A stretch of 60,319 bases of DNA, the filler included. It is 4 parts of 4 records of this genome, joined end to end, with 100 filler letters (N's around TTAATTAATTAA, not from the genome) between each part and the next. Parts side by side here need not be neighbours in the genome. Positions count along the whole stretch, not along the records: positions 15,301 to 40,412 come from DRR378314_2646; 3 more parts are not named here. One strand, given 5' to 3'. Numbering within the stretch: the stretch's first letter is position 1; each line of letters opens with the position of its first letter. Below, piece after piece: positions 23,249-34,400 of this stretch. Under the pieces are notes generated by a model. That model saw nothing but the letters and a program-made list of their open reading frames with translations, made no database searches and had not been told where the DNA came from. Both the position numbers and the translations under genes were made by a program.

Positions 23249-24202
23249 TTAATCGCTTTTTAGACTGGAATCTATAATCCTGTTTTTTGTTTCTTCAAAT
23301 TGTTTTTGGTCGCTAAAGGCTCCAGTGCCCCCTGCAGCCGATGTACTTATGGCTCCGATAAGGTTGCCGTTGGAAAGACATTCCCTTAAGGAGCTGCCTT
23401 TTAAGAATGCTTGTATAAATCCTGAATTGAACGAGTCGCCAGCACCAATCGAATCAACATACTTTTCATTGGTATAGGCCGCTACTTTTATAAGTTGCTC
23501 TTGGGTAATTCCCCAGCTTCCTTTGTTTCCCATTTTGATGACCAAGGTTTGGCAATGGGGCAGTACCTTTTCGATGGCCGAGCTTAGGTCAGGTTCGCCC
23601 GTTAGGGCAATTATTTCGGCTTCATTGGGCATAAAAATGTCCACGTGGGGCAAGCAGGATATATAATCGAATTGCCATCTGTTTGTAGGGTCCCATTGCA
23701 AGTCCAAAGATGTGGTCAATCCAAGCTGCTTTGCTTTTTTAAATATTCCTGGCACTTCGGATTGAATTCCTTTTTGCATAAAAAAGTTGGACAAATGAAA
23801 GTGTCGATGGGCTGACAGTTGTTCCCACGGGATGTCCGAACTCCTTAGGGCCTCCATTGCACCACAGTAAGTAATATTTGCCCGGTCCTCACCATAATTC
23901 ATTACCACGGTTATTCCCGTTTTCAATTGTTCGGATTTTTTAATAAAATCCACTCCCACACCACGTTGTTCCAGTTCTTTGATGATGTTGTTGCCAAAAC
24001 CATCATTACCAACAACGCCCACAAAATTTGTCTTAAGGCCCAAAGCAGCTGCATTCGATGCCATGATGGCCGAAGAACTCCCGAGCACCTGTTCAAAAGA
24101 ATCTGCAACAATTTCAGTCCCTATTTTCGGGAATCCCACAATGGAATTAAAAATGAGATCCATGTTGAGTTCGCCAACAACGATGAGGTCTGTTTTTTTC
24201 AT
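23249..24202 (-). CDS. PfkB-family carbohydrate kinase
   Basis: GVVGNDGFG, PNEAE, and the DSIGAGDSFNSGF PfkB signature. Confidence 0.9.
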   Translation of the reverse strand: MKKTDLIVVGELNMDLIFNSIVGFPKIGTEIVADSFEQVLGSSSAIMASNAAALGLKTNFVGVVGNDGFGNNIIKELEQRGVGVDFIKKSEQLKTGITVVMNYGEDRANITYCGAMEALRSSDIPWEQLSAHRHFHLSNFFMQKGIQSEVPGIFKKAKQLGLTTSLDLQWDPTNRWQFDYISCLPHVDIFMPNEAEIIALTGEPDLSSAIEKVLPHCQTLVIKMGNKGSWGITQEQLIKVAAYTNEKYVDSIGAGDSFNSGFIQAFLKGSSLRECLSNGNLIGAISTSAAGGTGAFSDQKQFEETKNRIIDSSLKSD

Positions 24203-25119
24203 TGAGCTATAGGTTTCAGAATTGTTTGGGGAAGAAATTCCACTACATGTTCCTTGCGCAGCATACCTAGGTCTTCGGTAATGCAGTTGGCTGCGCCAAA
24301 GGCTGCTCCGTAACGTGCAATCTCTTCCGGTCCTTTATTTTTTAAAACAGCAAAGATTAAACCTGCGGTAAGGCAGTCGCCGCTACCAACAGTGCTGATA
24401 ACCCGATCCAAGGGTTTAAGAGCATGTATTTTGCCTGCTTTGGATGCGAGGTACAATCCCTCTTTTCCCTTGGTTAGAGCTACAAGCTCCACAGTATCTT
24501 TAAGTTGTTCAAACGCAACATCTATATTGGACGAACCAAAAATTTCTTCGGACTCATGTTCGTTAAGGTGCAGTGCATAGGATTTTGATTCTAAGGCATT
24601 GCGAAGTTGAATACCACTGCAATCCAATATCAGTCTTTTGCCTTTTTTTCTACAGATTTCGGCAACCTGATACGCCGCATTTTCCGGAGCTCCCTTTGGC
24701 CATGAACCGGATAGTGAAACAATATCGGATAGTTCAATACTTCTTTCGAGTTGTTCCATATAAAGCATCCATTCTGCTCCTTTAATGTAAGGACCCGGTT
24801 CCATCAGTTCCGTTGCGTTTAACTCTTTGTTCTTTGATTTGAACGTGTAACATTTTCTGTTGTTTCCAACTATTTCAGGACCTTGTATTGCAACATTCCT
24901 CTTTTTGCATTCATCTGAGATCCAATGTCCACTTGCTCCGGCCCAAAAACCAAAAAGGGTAACATCGATGCCCATCTCTGCTAGGGCCATTGCTACATGG
25001 GTTCCTTTGCCACCAGGATATTCCTTAAGGGATTCTATTCTATTGGCAACACCGAACTCCAGATTTTCCATTTCGGCATAGCAGTCTATGGAAGGGTTTG
25101 GACAGATGCAGAGTACCAT
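24199..25119 (-). CDS. 1-phosphofructokinase-family hexose kinase (likely tagatose-6-phosphate kinase)
   Basis: NPSID, PGGKGTHVA, LSGSWP and STVGSGD motifs. Confidence 0.85.
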   Translation of the reverse strand: MVLCICPNPSIDCYAEMENLEFGVANRIESLKEYPGGKGTHVAMALAEMGIDVTLFGFWAGASGHWISDECKKRNVAIQGPEIVGNNRKCYTFKSKNKELNATELMEPGPYIKGAEWMLYMEQLERSIELSDIVSLSGSWPKGAPENAAYQVAEICRKKGKRLILDCSGIQLRNALESKSYALHLNEHESEEIFGSSNIDVAFEQLKDTVELVALTKGKEGLYLASKAGKIHALKPLDRVISTVGSGDCLTAGLIFAVLKNKGPEEIARYGAAFGAANCITEDLGMLRKEHVVEFLPQTILKPIAQ

Positions 25120-25124
25120 AGCTT

Positions 25125-26258
25125 CTATTTATATATATTAACTCCTTTTACAACCCTACTAATGGAACCGTTGGTAGAGGGATTGTCCGGGTTTAGACCA
25201 AGATTTAGGGATTTGTAAAGGCCAATGAGTTGCCCCACAATAAGGTAGGGTAAGATGGATAGGCCTAAAGTATCCTTTTCCAATTTCTCGAAAGGAATGG
25301 CGTAATCCTTTGGGTTTTTATACTGGACATTTCCAACATGAACAGCCGATAGATAGCCACTGTCGGAGCTTATGGTGTCCGCAAGATCCTTTTCATATTT
25401 GGATGTTTTTTCCTCGTGGGACAATAAATAGACGATTAAAGTATCCTCATTGACAACTGCCCTGGGGCCGTGGCGAAATCCAAGGAACGAATCATGTTTG
25501 CAAACCACATGCCCATTGGAGAGCTCTTGAAGCTTTAAATGACATTCGTTGGCGATGCCCAGAAGTGGGCCCGAACCCAAAAAAACAGCTCTACCGAATG
25601 CTAAGCTCCCTATCTTTTTCCAAATATCCCTGTGCTCAAGAATGGTTGAGGAAATTTTCGAAACTTTTAGCATCGTTTCACGGTTTTCGTCAAGTTTGTC
25701 AATATTAAAGGTAAGCAAGGCCGCCAAAAGCATACTTGAAAAACTACTGGTCATGGCCAATGACTTGTCGTTGGTTTCTTCCGGTAAGGTAAGACAGTAG
25801 TATTTATCGCTGTCCACGGATGTCAATTTCGCCAGCTTACCATCTTTGTTACAGGTTATAAAAAGATGCCTTATGTTCTGATGCCCTTGATTTAACAAGT
25901 GCACGGTTTCAACACTTTCGGGACTATTTCCAGAGCGAGCGAAAGAAATCACAAGCAATTTGTTGTCGGAGAATTGGCTGGTCAATTCAGGGTGGGTGAC
26001 CAAATCCGTTGTTGGTAAGGCGGTTGTGCGACAGCCTGTTGCCCTTGCTATAGGTAATTGCAGTGCCTCGCCTATAAAAGCGGACGATCCTGCTCCAGTT
26101 AATAATATACTGGCATTTTTGTCCGATAAAATCGGGGAAAGGAATTGGGAGAGGCTGCCACTCATACCTTTTACCAATTCAAAAATTTTGATCCACACAT
26201 CAGGTTGCTGAAAGATTTCAGTTTCCGTGTGCATTGTTTCTTTTTTAAATATATCCAT
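25125..26258 (-). CDS. agaS: AgaS, galactosamine-6-phosphate deaminase/isomerase (SIS domains)
   Basis: TETEIFQQP, LTGAGSS, ISFARSGNSPES, SLAMTSSFSSM, LKLQEL, GFRHGP and PDNPSTNGSISRVVKGV motifs. Confidence 0.9.
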   Translation of the reverse strand: MDIFKKETMHTETEIFQQPDVWIKIFELVKGMSGSLSQFLSPILSDKNASILLTGAGSSAFIGEALQLPIARATGCRTTALPTTDLVTHPELTSQFSDNKLLVISFARSGNSPESVETVHLLNQGHQNIRHLFITCNKDGKLAKLTSVDSDKYYCLTLPEETNDKSLAMTSSFSSMLLAALLTFNIDKLDENRETMLKVSKISSTILEHRDIWKKIGSLAFGRAVFLGSGPLLGIANECHLKLQELSNGHVVCKHDSFLGFRHGPRAVVNEDTLIVYLLSHEEKTSKYEKDLADTISSDSGYLSAVHVGNVQYKNPKDYAIPFEKLEKDTLGLSILPYLIVGQLIGLYKSLNLGLNPDNPSTNGSISRVVKGVNIYK

Positions 26259-26600
26259 ACGTATTGGTCGGTGTTAGCGGAACGTTGCCGATAACACATT
26301 GTTGTATTTGTTTCAAACACAAATAAAAGAAAATAAAACGAAAAAAAATAACTTACGTTTATATTTATTACGAAACATTTATTTGAGTTATTTAGCTCCC
26401 AAGGATTTTGAAGTGGCGGTTCCTTTCTTATAAATTTTATGGATATACCTATATTTTAAGGCTTTTGTTGATTTATTGAAGTGGTTTGGTGCTGTAAGTC
26501 ATAATATATGGGATAAGAATATTTAAAAATCATGTTAATTAAAAAGAAAGGAAAAGAAATAAAAAAAGTATCATATATTTTTTTTTGTAAAAATTAAATT

Positions 26601-26608
26601 TATATTTG
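26601..26608 (+). promoter_or_regulatory. Bacteroidetes -7 promoter element upstream of susC
   Basis: TATATTTG matches the TAnnTTTG consensus, about 75 bp upstream of the ATG. Confidence 0.5.
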
Positions 26609-26683
26609 AGCATTAAATAGTTAAAAAGAAGTAAAAAGAAGGTTAAAAAATTACGAACAAACCAAACAATTTAAATCTAACTT

Positions 26684-29617
26684 ATGAAGAACCGAACTAA
26701 AAAAGGGTTGTTCCTGTTTGTGATTTGCGTTTTATGCACCGCTTTTGGGCAGGCGCAGCGCATTACAGTATCAGGATCTGTGAAAGGCAATGAGGGTGCT
26801 CCCGTTCCAGGAGCGAATATTGTTGAAAAGGGTACTACAAATGGGGTTTCCACCGATTTTGACGGAAACTACCAAATTGAAGTTGCTTCGGATGCAGTTT
26901 TAGTCATTAGCTATATCGGGTTTGAAACAGCAGAAGTGGCCGTCAATGGAAGGTCCGCTGTCGATGTGCTTCTCAATGAAAGCACCTCTGAGCTTGACGA
27001 GGTGGTTGTTGTTGCCTATGGTACCCAAAAGAAAGAAACTGTAACTTCATCTGTAGTGGAAGTAAAGGCCGACAAGCTTGCCGATATTACTGTTCCCGAA
27101 GTCGGGTCGATGCTGCAAGGTAAAGTGACGGGTGTTCAGGTATTGCCCGGGAGCGGGTCTCCTGGAGCTTCACCCAATATTTTGATCAGGGGCCGGTCGT
27201 CCATTAACTCCACTAACTCTCCTTTATGGGTGATAGACGGGGTAATTGTTGGAAACTCCGACCCTAAATTGAACCCCAATGATGTAGAAAGTATCTCGGT
27301 TTTAAAAGATGCTTCCGCAACTGCACTTTATGGTAACAGAGGTGCCAATGGCGTTGTTTTGATAACTACCAAACGTGGTAAAATAGGAAGTAAGCCCAAG
27401 ATGCAGGTGTCTATAAAAACAGCAGTCAACCGTTTTAACCCGGGTAAGTTTGAGGTCATGAATGCCCAGCAGCTTTACAATTACCATCTAGAACTCGGCA
27501 ATACCAATCCTTGGTTTCAAGAGGGGTTGAGAGATAGGGATTTTGATTGGTTGGGTGCAGCTACCCAAACGGGACTGGTGCGTGATGCATCGGTAACCTT
27601 TACTGCTGCCGAAGAGAACCATAACTTATTCTTATCTACCGGTTACTATAATGAAGAGGGTACGGTGAGGGGAAATGAATTGAATCGGTATACCTTTAGA
27701 ACCAACATCGATTATAAGATTACGGATAAACTTACCATTAAACCAAAACTGAACTTTGTTTTTGATAGGCGGGATGATGTAAGGGAAGCGTCCTTGTACC
27801 AGGCATATACCAATTTGCCATGGGATTCGCCCTATGCGCCCGATGGTTCCGTTGTCAACGCCAGGGAGGCTGAAGGGGATTCTTGGTTGGGAAGGGATCG
27901 CAGCAATTTCTTTTATGATCAACAATGGAACTATACCGACTCTAGATCTTTTGATTTGTTTGCAAGTTTCGATTTTGAATATAAGTTATTTCCCAATGTA
28001 ACCTTTATCTCTACAAACAACTTCCAGTGGGGCAATTTTGAATCCTTTTCTTATGTGGATCCCCGCTCCAATGCTGGTTTGACCCAAAATGGTTCCGTTA
28101 GCGACACCGCATTTAGGAACCTGAGAAGGTTTACCAACCAAATGTTGAAATACTCCAATGTATTTGGGGAGGACCACACGGTAAATATGCTGTTGGCGTA
28201 CGAATATAATGATGGGAGTTCCAAAAACTTGGATGTGCGTTCTGAAAATGTCATTGTTAATGGAGAAGTTCAAAGTGTGGGATTGGAACCTGCGGCTGCA
28301 GACGGGACTCGTTCGGAATTCGCTCAGCAATCCGCTTTATTTTCTGCCGACTACGACTATAAGGGACTTTATTTTGTAAAGGGATCCCTAAGGATTGATG
28401 GAGCTTCCGCTTTTGATGATGATTACCGTTATGGTGAGTTTTATTCCATTGCCGCCGGTTGGAACGTACATAGGGAAAATTGGTTCAATGTAGACCAGAT
28501 AAACAGTCTGAAACTTCGTCTTAGCAATGGTGCCGTGGGTAACCAGCCCGGAGGATTCGGATACTTGAACCTGTACGATGTTAGATTTCAGTATGCGGGA
28601 TTGATTGCCGCCAAACCCAGCCAGTTGGGTACAGAAGATTTGACTTGGGAGAAGGCTATTGAGACCAATGCAGGTTTGGATGCCCGATTGTTTGACGCCA
28701 TCAGCCTATCTGTAGATTATTACAATAAAGAAAATTCTGGACTACTTTATTTTAGGGCACTATCCGATCAAACAGGCTTTAGTGGAAGGTTTGAAAATAT
28801 CGGATCTATTGTTAATGAAGGGATAGAAGTGGCCGCATCCATAGATGCGGTAAACACATCTGACTTCGGTATCAACTTTGGATTCAATGCCAGTTTCAAT
28901 AACAATACCATAGAAGAATTGGCCGATGGTGCGGATATCATCTCTGGTTCAAATATTCTGAGAGAAGGAGAAGAATTTGGAACTTTTTATATGAGAAAGT
29001 GGTTGGGAGTAAACCCTGATAACGGGGAGCCGTTATATGAAATTGTCGACCCTGATACGGGTGAACGTAGGGCAACCAACGTATATAATGATGCAACGGT
29101 ACAGATTGTAGGGACTTCCAATCCGACCGTATCGGGTGGATTCAACACCAATTTCAGGGTGAAAAACTTCAGTTTGAGTTCCAACTGGACCTTTGCCTAC
29201 GGAAATGAACTCTACAATTCTTCCCGTAATTTGTTCGATTCCGATGGTTTTTACTTACAATACAATCAAATTGTATTGCCTGATGGATGGTCCCGATGGG
29301 AGCAGCCAGGAGATGTTGCTACGCATCCCAAACCCAGGGAAGGCGGGTATGAGGGGAGTAACCAAACTTCTTCAAGATATCTGGAAGACGGCAGCTACCT
29401 AAGACTCAATAATGTTCGCTTTAACTATAATTTCCCTAAATCCATAATTGATAGGTTGGGTATCAGTTCGGCAAACATTTATTTGAGTGGTGACAACCTG
29501 GTGACCTTTACCAAATTTACTGGAGTTGACCCCACTATTGGAGGTGCAGGTGGATTTGTAAGCATCGGTTACCCGGTACCGAAACGATACGCATTAGGTT
29601 TAAACATAACATTTTAA
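26684..29617 (+). CDS. susC: SusC/RagA TonB-dependent transporter
   Basis: LDEVVVVAYGTQKK, plug motif SISVLKDASATALYGNRGANGVVLITTKRG, C-terminal LNITF. Confidence 0.95.
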   Translation: MKNRTKKGLFLFVICVLCTAFGQAQRITVSGSVKGNEGAPVPGANIVEKGTTNGVSTDFDGNYQIEVASDAVLVISYIGFETAEVAVNGRSAVDVLLNESTSELDEVVVVAYGTQKKETVTSSVVEVKADKLADITVPEVGSMLQGKVTGVQVLPGSGSPGASPNILIRGRSSINSTNSPLWVIDGVIVGNSDPKLNPNDVESISVLKDASATALYGNRGANGVVLITTKRGKIGSKPKMQVSIKTAVNRFNPGKFEVMNAQQLYNYHLELGNTNPWFQEGLRDRDFDWLGAATQTGLVRDASVTFTAAEENHNLFLSTGYYNEEGTVRGNELNRYTFRTNIDYKITDKLTIKPKLNFVFDRRDDVREASLYQAYTNLPWDSPYAPDGSVVNAREAEGDSWLGRDRSNFFYDQQWNYTDSRSFDLFASFDFEYKLFPNVTFISTNNFQWGNFESFSYVDPRSNAGLTQNGSVSDTAFRNLRRFTNQMLKYSNVFGEDHTVNMLLAYEYNDGSSKNLDVRSENVIVNGEVQSVGLEPAAADGTRSEFAQQSALFSADYDYKGLYFVKGSLRIDGASAFDDDYRYGEFYSIAAGWNVHRENWFNVDQINSLKLRLSNGAVGNQPGGFGYLNLYDVRFQYAGLIAAKPSQLGTEDLTWEKAIETNAGLDARLFDAISLSVDYYNKENSGLLYFRALSDQTGFSGRFENIGSIVNEGIEVAASIDAVNTSDFGINFGFNASFNNNTIEELADGADIISGSNILREGEEFGTFYMRKWLGVNPDNGEPLYEIVDPDTGERRATNVYNDATVQIVGTSNPTVSGGFNTNFRVKNFSLSSNWTFAYGNELYNSSRNLFDSDGFYLQYNQIVLPDGWSRWEQPGDVATHPKPREGGYEGSNQTSSRYLEDGSYLRLNNVRFNYNFPKSIIDRLGISSANIYLSGDNLVTFTKFTGVDPTIGGAGGFVSIGYPVPKRYALGLNITF

Positions 29618-29628
29618 AAAAGATTAGC

Positions 29629-31287
29629 ATGAAAAGATTAGTTTATGTATCACTTCTCGCGCTAACGTCATTTCTGACGTCCTGCGACTTGGATAGAGAG
29701 CCTTTTACGCAGATAAGTGCTGAAGAATTATTTGAAGACCCGGGTGCTGCCCAGTCAGCTACTTTGGGTAACTATGTGTTCCTGAAAGGAGATAAAGGCT
29801 ATGACGGCTGGTCGGACGATTTGCACAGAATGTCCGAGTATTCCGGTGACAATGTAATGCTCAGTGGGGGAACCACCGATAATTTGTTCTTTTTCTACAA
29901 TTATCAAAGAAACCCCAATAATTCCAGAGCCAATCGGTTTTGGAGTAACTCTTATAAGGCAGTAGTAGGGGCCAATAGAGTAATTGAAGGTTTGGAGGAA
30001 GGTGCCTCTGTCGAGGAAGATCAAGTAATCGGTGAGAACTATTATATAAGGGCCTTGGTGTACTTTCAGATGGGAAACCTTTTTGGAAGACCCTACAATC
30101 AAGGTACTGAAAACCTTTCTGTTCCGCTTAAGTTGACCTCTGACATAGAGGAAATTCCCGATAGAAATACCGTTGGAGAAGTCTACGACCAAGTGATTTC
30201 CGATCTGTTGAAAGCGGAATCATTGATGAGCCTTAACAAAGGACCTTCCTTTGCTTCCAAGGAATCGGCCCAGGCACTCTTATCAAGGGTTTATCTATAT
30301 ATGGAAGACAATGCCAAAGCTATCGAATACGCGGACAAGGTAATCAACTCGGGTAACTACTCCCTATTGGATTCTGAACGATTTTCTAGAATGAATACTT
30401 TGGCCCCTGCTGAAAATGAAGAAGCCATATTCTCCATTACGCTTACTGAAGGTATCGATATACCCGGTACCGAAGATTGGTTTACAATCGGTTCATTTTA
30501 TGCCACTATTGATGGTGTTGGTTGGGGCGAAATGTATGCCTCAAGGACCTACTTGGACCTCATTGAAAAGAACCCTACCGATTTGAGAAAAAGTTTCATT
30601 GAACCTCAATACCTTTTGGATGACAATGGTGACCGCATCCCGGCCGTTTATTGGGTCGATGAGTCCAACTATACCTATCAGTTTAGAAGAACCACCGAAT
30701 CAGGAGGGGAAATCACCTTTGAGGATGAAGGAACTTCCTATACTGTGGAATCTGAAGATATCGATGGACGCACACAGTACTATTTTAACGGTCCGAATGG
30801 TCGTCAGGACGTAGTCTATGATTTTGATCTGGACAAGCGAAATGGATATCCAAAGTTTTTTATCCTAAAGGCTTCACAACAGGAAAACGACCTGCATTTG
30901 TGGTCACCAACGGTATCAAGGTTGGCGGAGATGTACCTCAATAAAGCAGAGGCACAAGCCAAAATGGGCATGGATGCCGACGCGATTGAGAATATCAACG
31001 TTCTAAGAAGAAGGGCCAATGTGCCTGAACTGAGTGCTGGTTCCCTGCCTGCAGGAAAATCAGTATTGGATGTTGTGTTGGAGGAACGAAGACTTGAGCT
31101 CGCTTTCGAAGGACATAGGAAGTTTGATGTATATAGAAATGGAAGGACCATGGACAGAAGGTATCCAGGTACCCACTTGAGCAATGCCAATCCGTTCTTT
31201 GAAATCGAACCCTCGAACAATGTGATCATTGAATTTATTCCAGAGCAGCAAATTCTAATCCAACCTTCGTTGGAGCAGAACGATTAA
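29629..31287 (+). CDS. susD: SusD/RagB glycan-binding lipoprotein
   Basis: Lipobox LTSC, RLAEMYLNKAEA, ERRLELAFEGHRKFD; directly downstream of susC. Confidence 0.95.
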   Translation: MKRLVYVSLLALTSFLTSCDLDREPFTQISAEELFEDPGAAQSATLGNYVFLKGDKGYDGWSDDLHRMSEYSGDNVMLSGGTTDNLFFFYNYQRNPNNSRANRFWSNSYKAVVGANRVIEGLEEGASVEEDQVIGENYYIRALVYFQMGNLFGRPYNQGTENLSVPLKLTSDIEEIPDRNTVGEVYDQVISDLLKAESLMSLNKGPSFASKESAQALLSRVYLYMEDNAKAIEYADKVINSGNYSLLDSERFSRMNTLAPAENEEAIFSITLTEGIDIPGTEDWFTIGSFYATIDGVGWGEMYASRTYLDLIEKNPTDLRKSFIEPQYLLDDNGDRIPAVYWVDESNYTYQFRRTTESGGEITFEDEGTSYTVESEDIDGRTQYYFNGPNGRQDVVYDFDLDKRNGYPKFFILKASQQENDLHLWSPTVSRLAEMYLNKAEAQAKMGMDADAIENINVLRRRANVPELSAGSLPAGKSVLDVVLEERRLELAFEGHRKFDVYRNGRTMDRRYPGTHLSNANPFFEIEPSNNVIIEFIPEQQILIQPSLEQND

Positions 31288-31341
31288 TGATATAAAAATT
31301 TTCTATTCATAATAGTAGTTATTTTGAGTTAGTTGTGTTGA

Positions 31342-31366
31342 TGGCCCCAGGTGTGCACTGGGGCCA
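31342..31366 (+). terminator. Intergenic stem-loop after susD
   Basis: TGGCCCCAG/CTGGGGCCA 9-bp stem without a clear U-tract, so it may be an mRNA-stabilising hairpin. Confidence 0.45.
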
Positions 31367-31414
31367 CACATTAGCTCTTAAGAAAAATATTCAAACTCCA
31401 TTGTATTAGACATC

Positions 31415-34400
31415 ATGAACAGAGTACTATTTTATTCAGCAATGCTGGTTGGCCTATTGGCTTCCTGCAAAAAGGCTGCCGATCATCTCCCGGCAAAGGA
31501 GTTGTTCACTAGTGTTCCTGCCGATGTTTCTGGACTGGAGTTTCAAAATCGAATCCTGGAGTCCGAACAGCTGCATTACTACAAATACCAGTATATCTAT
31601 ATTGGCGGCGGTGTTGCCGCGGCCGATTTTAACAATGATGGACTGGAAGATCTTTTTTTTACTTCCAATGTTTATCCCAACAAGCTCTTTTTGAACAAGG
31701 GCGGATTCAAATTTGAGGATATCACGCAATCATCTGGTATAGAGAATCGGGTAGGCTTCGATACTGGTGTTTCTACGGTAGACGTTAATAACGATGGCTA
31801 CATAGATATCTATATCAATAGGGCAGGTTGGTACAACGGGGATGAAAAGCTTGCCAATCTACTTTATATCAACAATGGCGACCTGACCTTTACCGAGAGA
31901 GCCAAAGAGTTTGGGATAGCGGATACCAATAGGTCCATATCATCCACTTTTTTTGATTACGATCGAGATGGGGACCTAGACCTGTATGTGTGCAATGCAC
32001 CCGCCGATTTTTCATTGTCGGGCGCCTTATTGGATTTGAACCAGCTCGCCGATGACCCTAAAAAAATCGAGAATGCCAAAAGTTCCGATCGTTTGTTCAG
32101 GAATAATGGCCCCAAGGGATTTGAGGATGTGACTCAATCTGCTAACATTTTGCCAGACTTGGCTTTTGGTCTCCACGCACAAGTGTGCGACCTAAATAAT
32201 GATGGATGGCCGGACTTGTACGTTAGCAACGACTTCATCATGCCTGATTTTGCGTACATCAATAACGGGGATGGGACATTTACTGATAAGAAAGATGAAC
32301 TCTTTAAGCATATTCCCTATTACAGTATGGGAGGGGATTTTGCAGATGTAAACAATGATGGTCTCGGCGATCTTTTCGTTGCCGATATGAGTCCCGAGGA
32401 TTATGTTAGGTCAAAGACCACCATGTCCATGATGTCCATAGAAAGGTTCAATACCATGACCAAAAATGGATATCACCATCAGTATATGCACAATATGCTC
32501 CAAATCAATAATGGATCTGAGGTGCCTTTTAGCGAAGTTTCCAATATGGCGGGAACGGCAAAAACGGATTGGAGCTGGGCAGCGCTGTTCGCAGATTTTG
32601 ATTTGGACGGCTACAACGACCTCTATGTAACAAATGGTATTTATAGGGATGTTACCCACCGGGATGCCAATGACAAAATAAATGCGTACATCAAAAGGAA
32701 CCGAAACAATTTGACCGAAAAGGATTTCTACGACTTTACACAACAACTACCACAGGAAAAGCTGAACAATTATTTTTTTAAAAACCAAGGAAATCTAACG
32801 TTTACAAAGGCTACTGAAGATTGGGGCAGCTTGCCTCCAACCTTTTCCAATGGCGCGGTCTATGTGGACCTTGATAATGATGGCGATTTGGATGTGGTTA
32901 CCAACAATATCGATGAGAATGCCACCTTGTTGAGAAATAATGCCACCCAAATGGGCAAAGGCAACTTTTTGGCCGTACGCTTGCAAGGACAGCCTTCCAA
33001 CCATTTCGGGGTAGGGGCAAAGGTCAATATCTATTTTAAAAATGGTGAACAACAAACCCGGCAATTGATCAATTCCAGAGGATATATGTCATCCATGTCC
33101 AATACGCTTCATTTTGGATTGTCCGATAATACCGACATTCAACAAGTTGAGGTCATTTGGTCCGATGGAAACATACAAACCCAGAGCGATGTAGAATCGA
33201 ATCAACTGCTCATTGTTTCATATAACAAAGAACCAGGGAAGGAAAGGGACAATAGGATGGAGAAAAGCGAATGGTTTTCGGAGCTTCCATTTGAGTATGT
33301 CCATTCGGAAATCGAATTTGATGATTTTGAAAAACAGCTACTGCTTCCCCATAAGCTATCCCAGCTGGGTCCGGCCATGGCCAAGGCAGACCTGAACAAT
33401 GATGGCATGGACGATTTGTTCTTGGGAGGAGCAAACGGACAGTCCGCTACATTGTTAAAGGCAACCATGGACGGTGGCTTTGTTAAAGTGAATATTCCCG
33501 ATTTTATAAAAGATAAGGGCAGTGAGGACGTTGGCGCGACCTTCTTTGATGCGGACAACGATGGCGATTTAGACCTTTATGTGGTCAGCGGTAGTTATGA
33601 GTTTGAGGAAGCATCGGATGAATTGAGGGACAGACTCTATATAAATCAAGGTGACTTTCAGTTTGTCATGGAAAACAACAGATTGCCAAATCTCAAAATT
33701 GCAGGCTCTGTTGTGGTAGCGGCAGATTATGATCAAGATGGTGACGTGGATCTTTTTGTGGGAGGTCGCGTAATTCCCGGAAAATACCCTTATGCCCCAA
33801 AAAGTACACTGTTGGTTAACGAAGGAGGTTATTTTAAGGACAGAACATCCACATTGGCTCCTGAACTGGAGAACATAGGAATGGTCAATTCAGCACAATG
33901 GACAGATATCAATCAAAATGGCCAAATGGATTTGATAGTGACAGGCGAATGGATGGGCATCGAAGTTCTTTTGAATGACAATGGTCAACTATCAAAGGAT
34001 ACCGGATATCAAACATTGTCCGAGCAAACAGGTTGGTGGAACCGGGTTTTGGTGCAGGATATTGATGGTGATGGTGATCAAGATATTATTGCAGGGAATC
34101 TGGGCTTGAACTATAAGTTTCATGCCAGTAAAGAAAAGCCCTTTCATGTATACGTAAACGATTTTGACGATAATGGTGTCGAAGACATTATGCTGGCCAA
34201 ACCCCTCGATTCTAGATTGGTGCCTGTGCGGGGCAAGAATTGCACATCACAACAAATGCCATACCTGAAACAGAGAGTGGACACCTATAAAGACTTTGCG
34301 ACCAGTAATATCGAGGAGATTCTAGGAGATAACTTCGATTCTGCAACACATAAACAGGTTGTTGAGTTCAGATCTGGATACTTTCTCAATAATGGAGGTC

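Noticed and set aside
26320-26660. A-rich AAGAAA/ACGAAA direct repeats as AgaR operators
   Set aside because: Plausible, but indistinguishable by eye from the very A-rich background.
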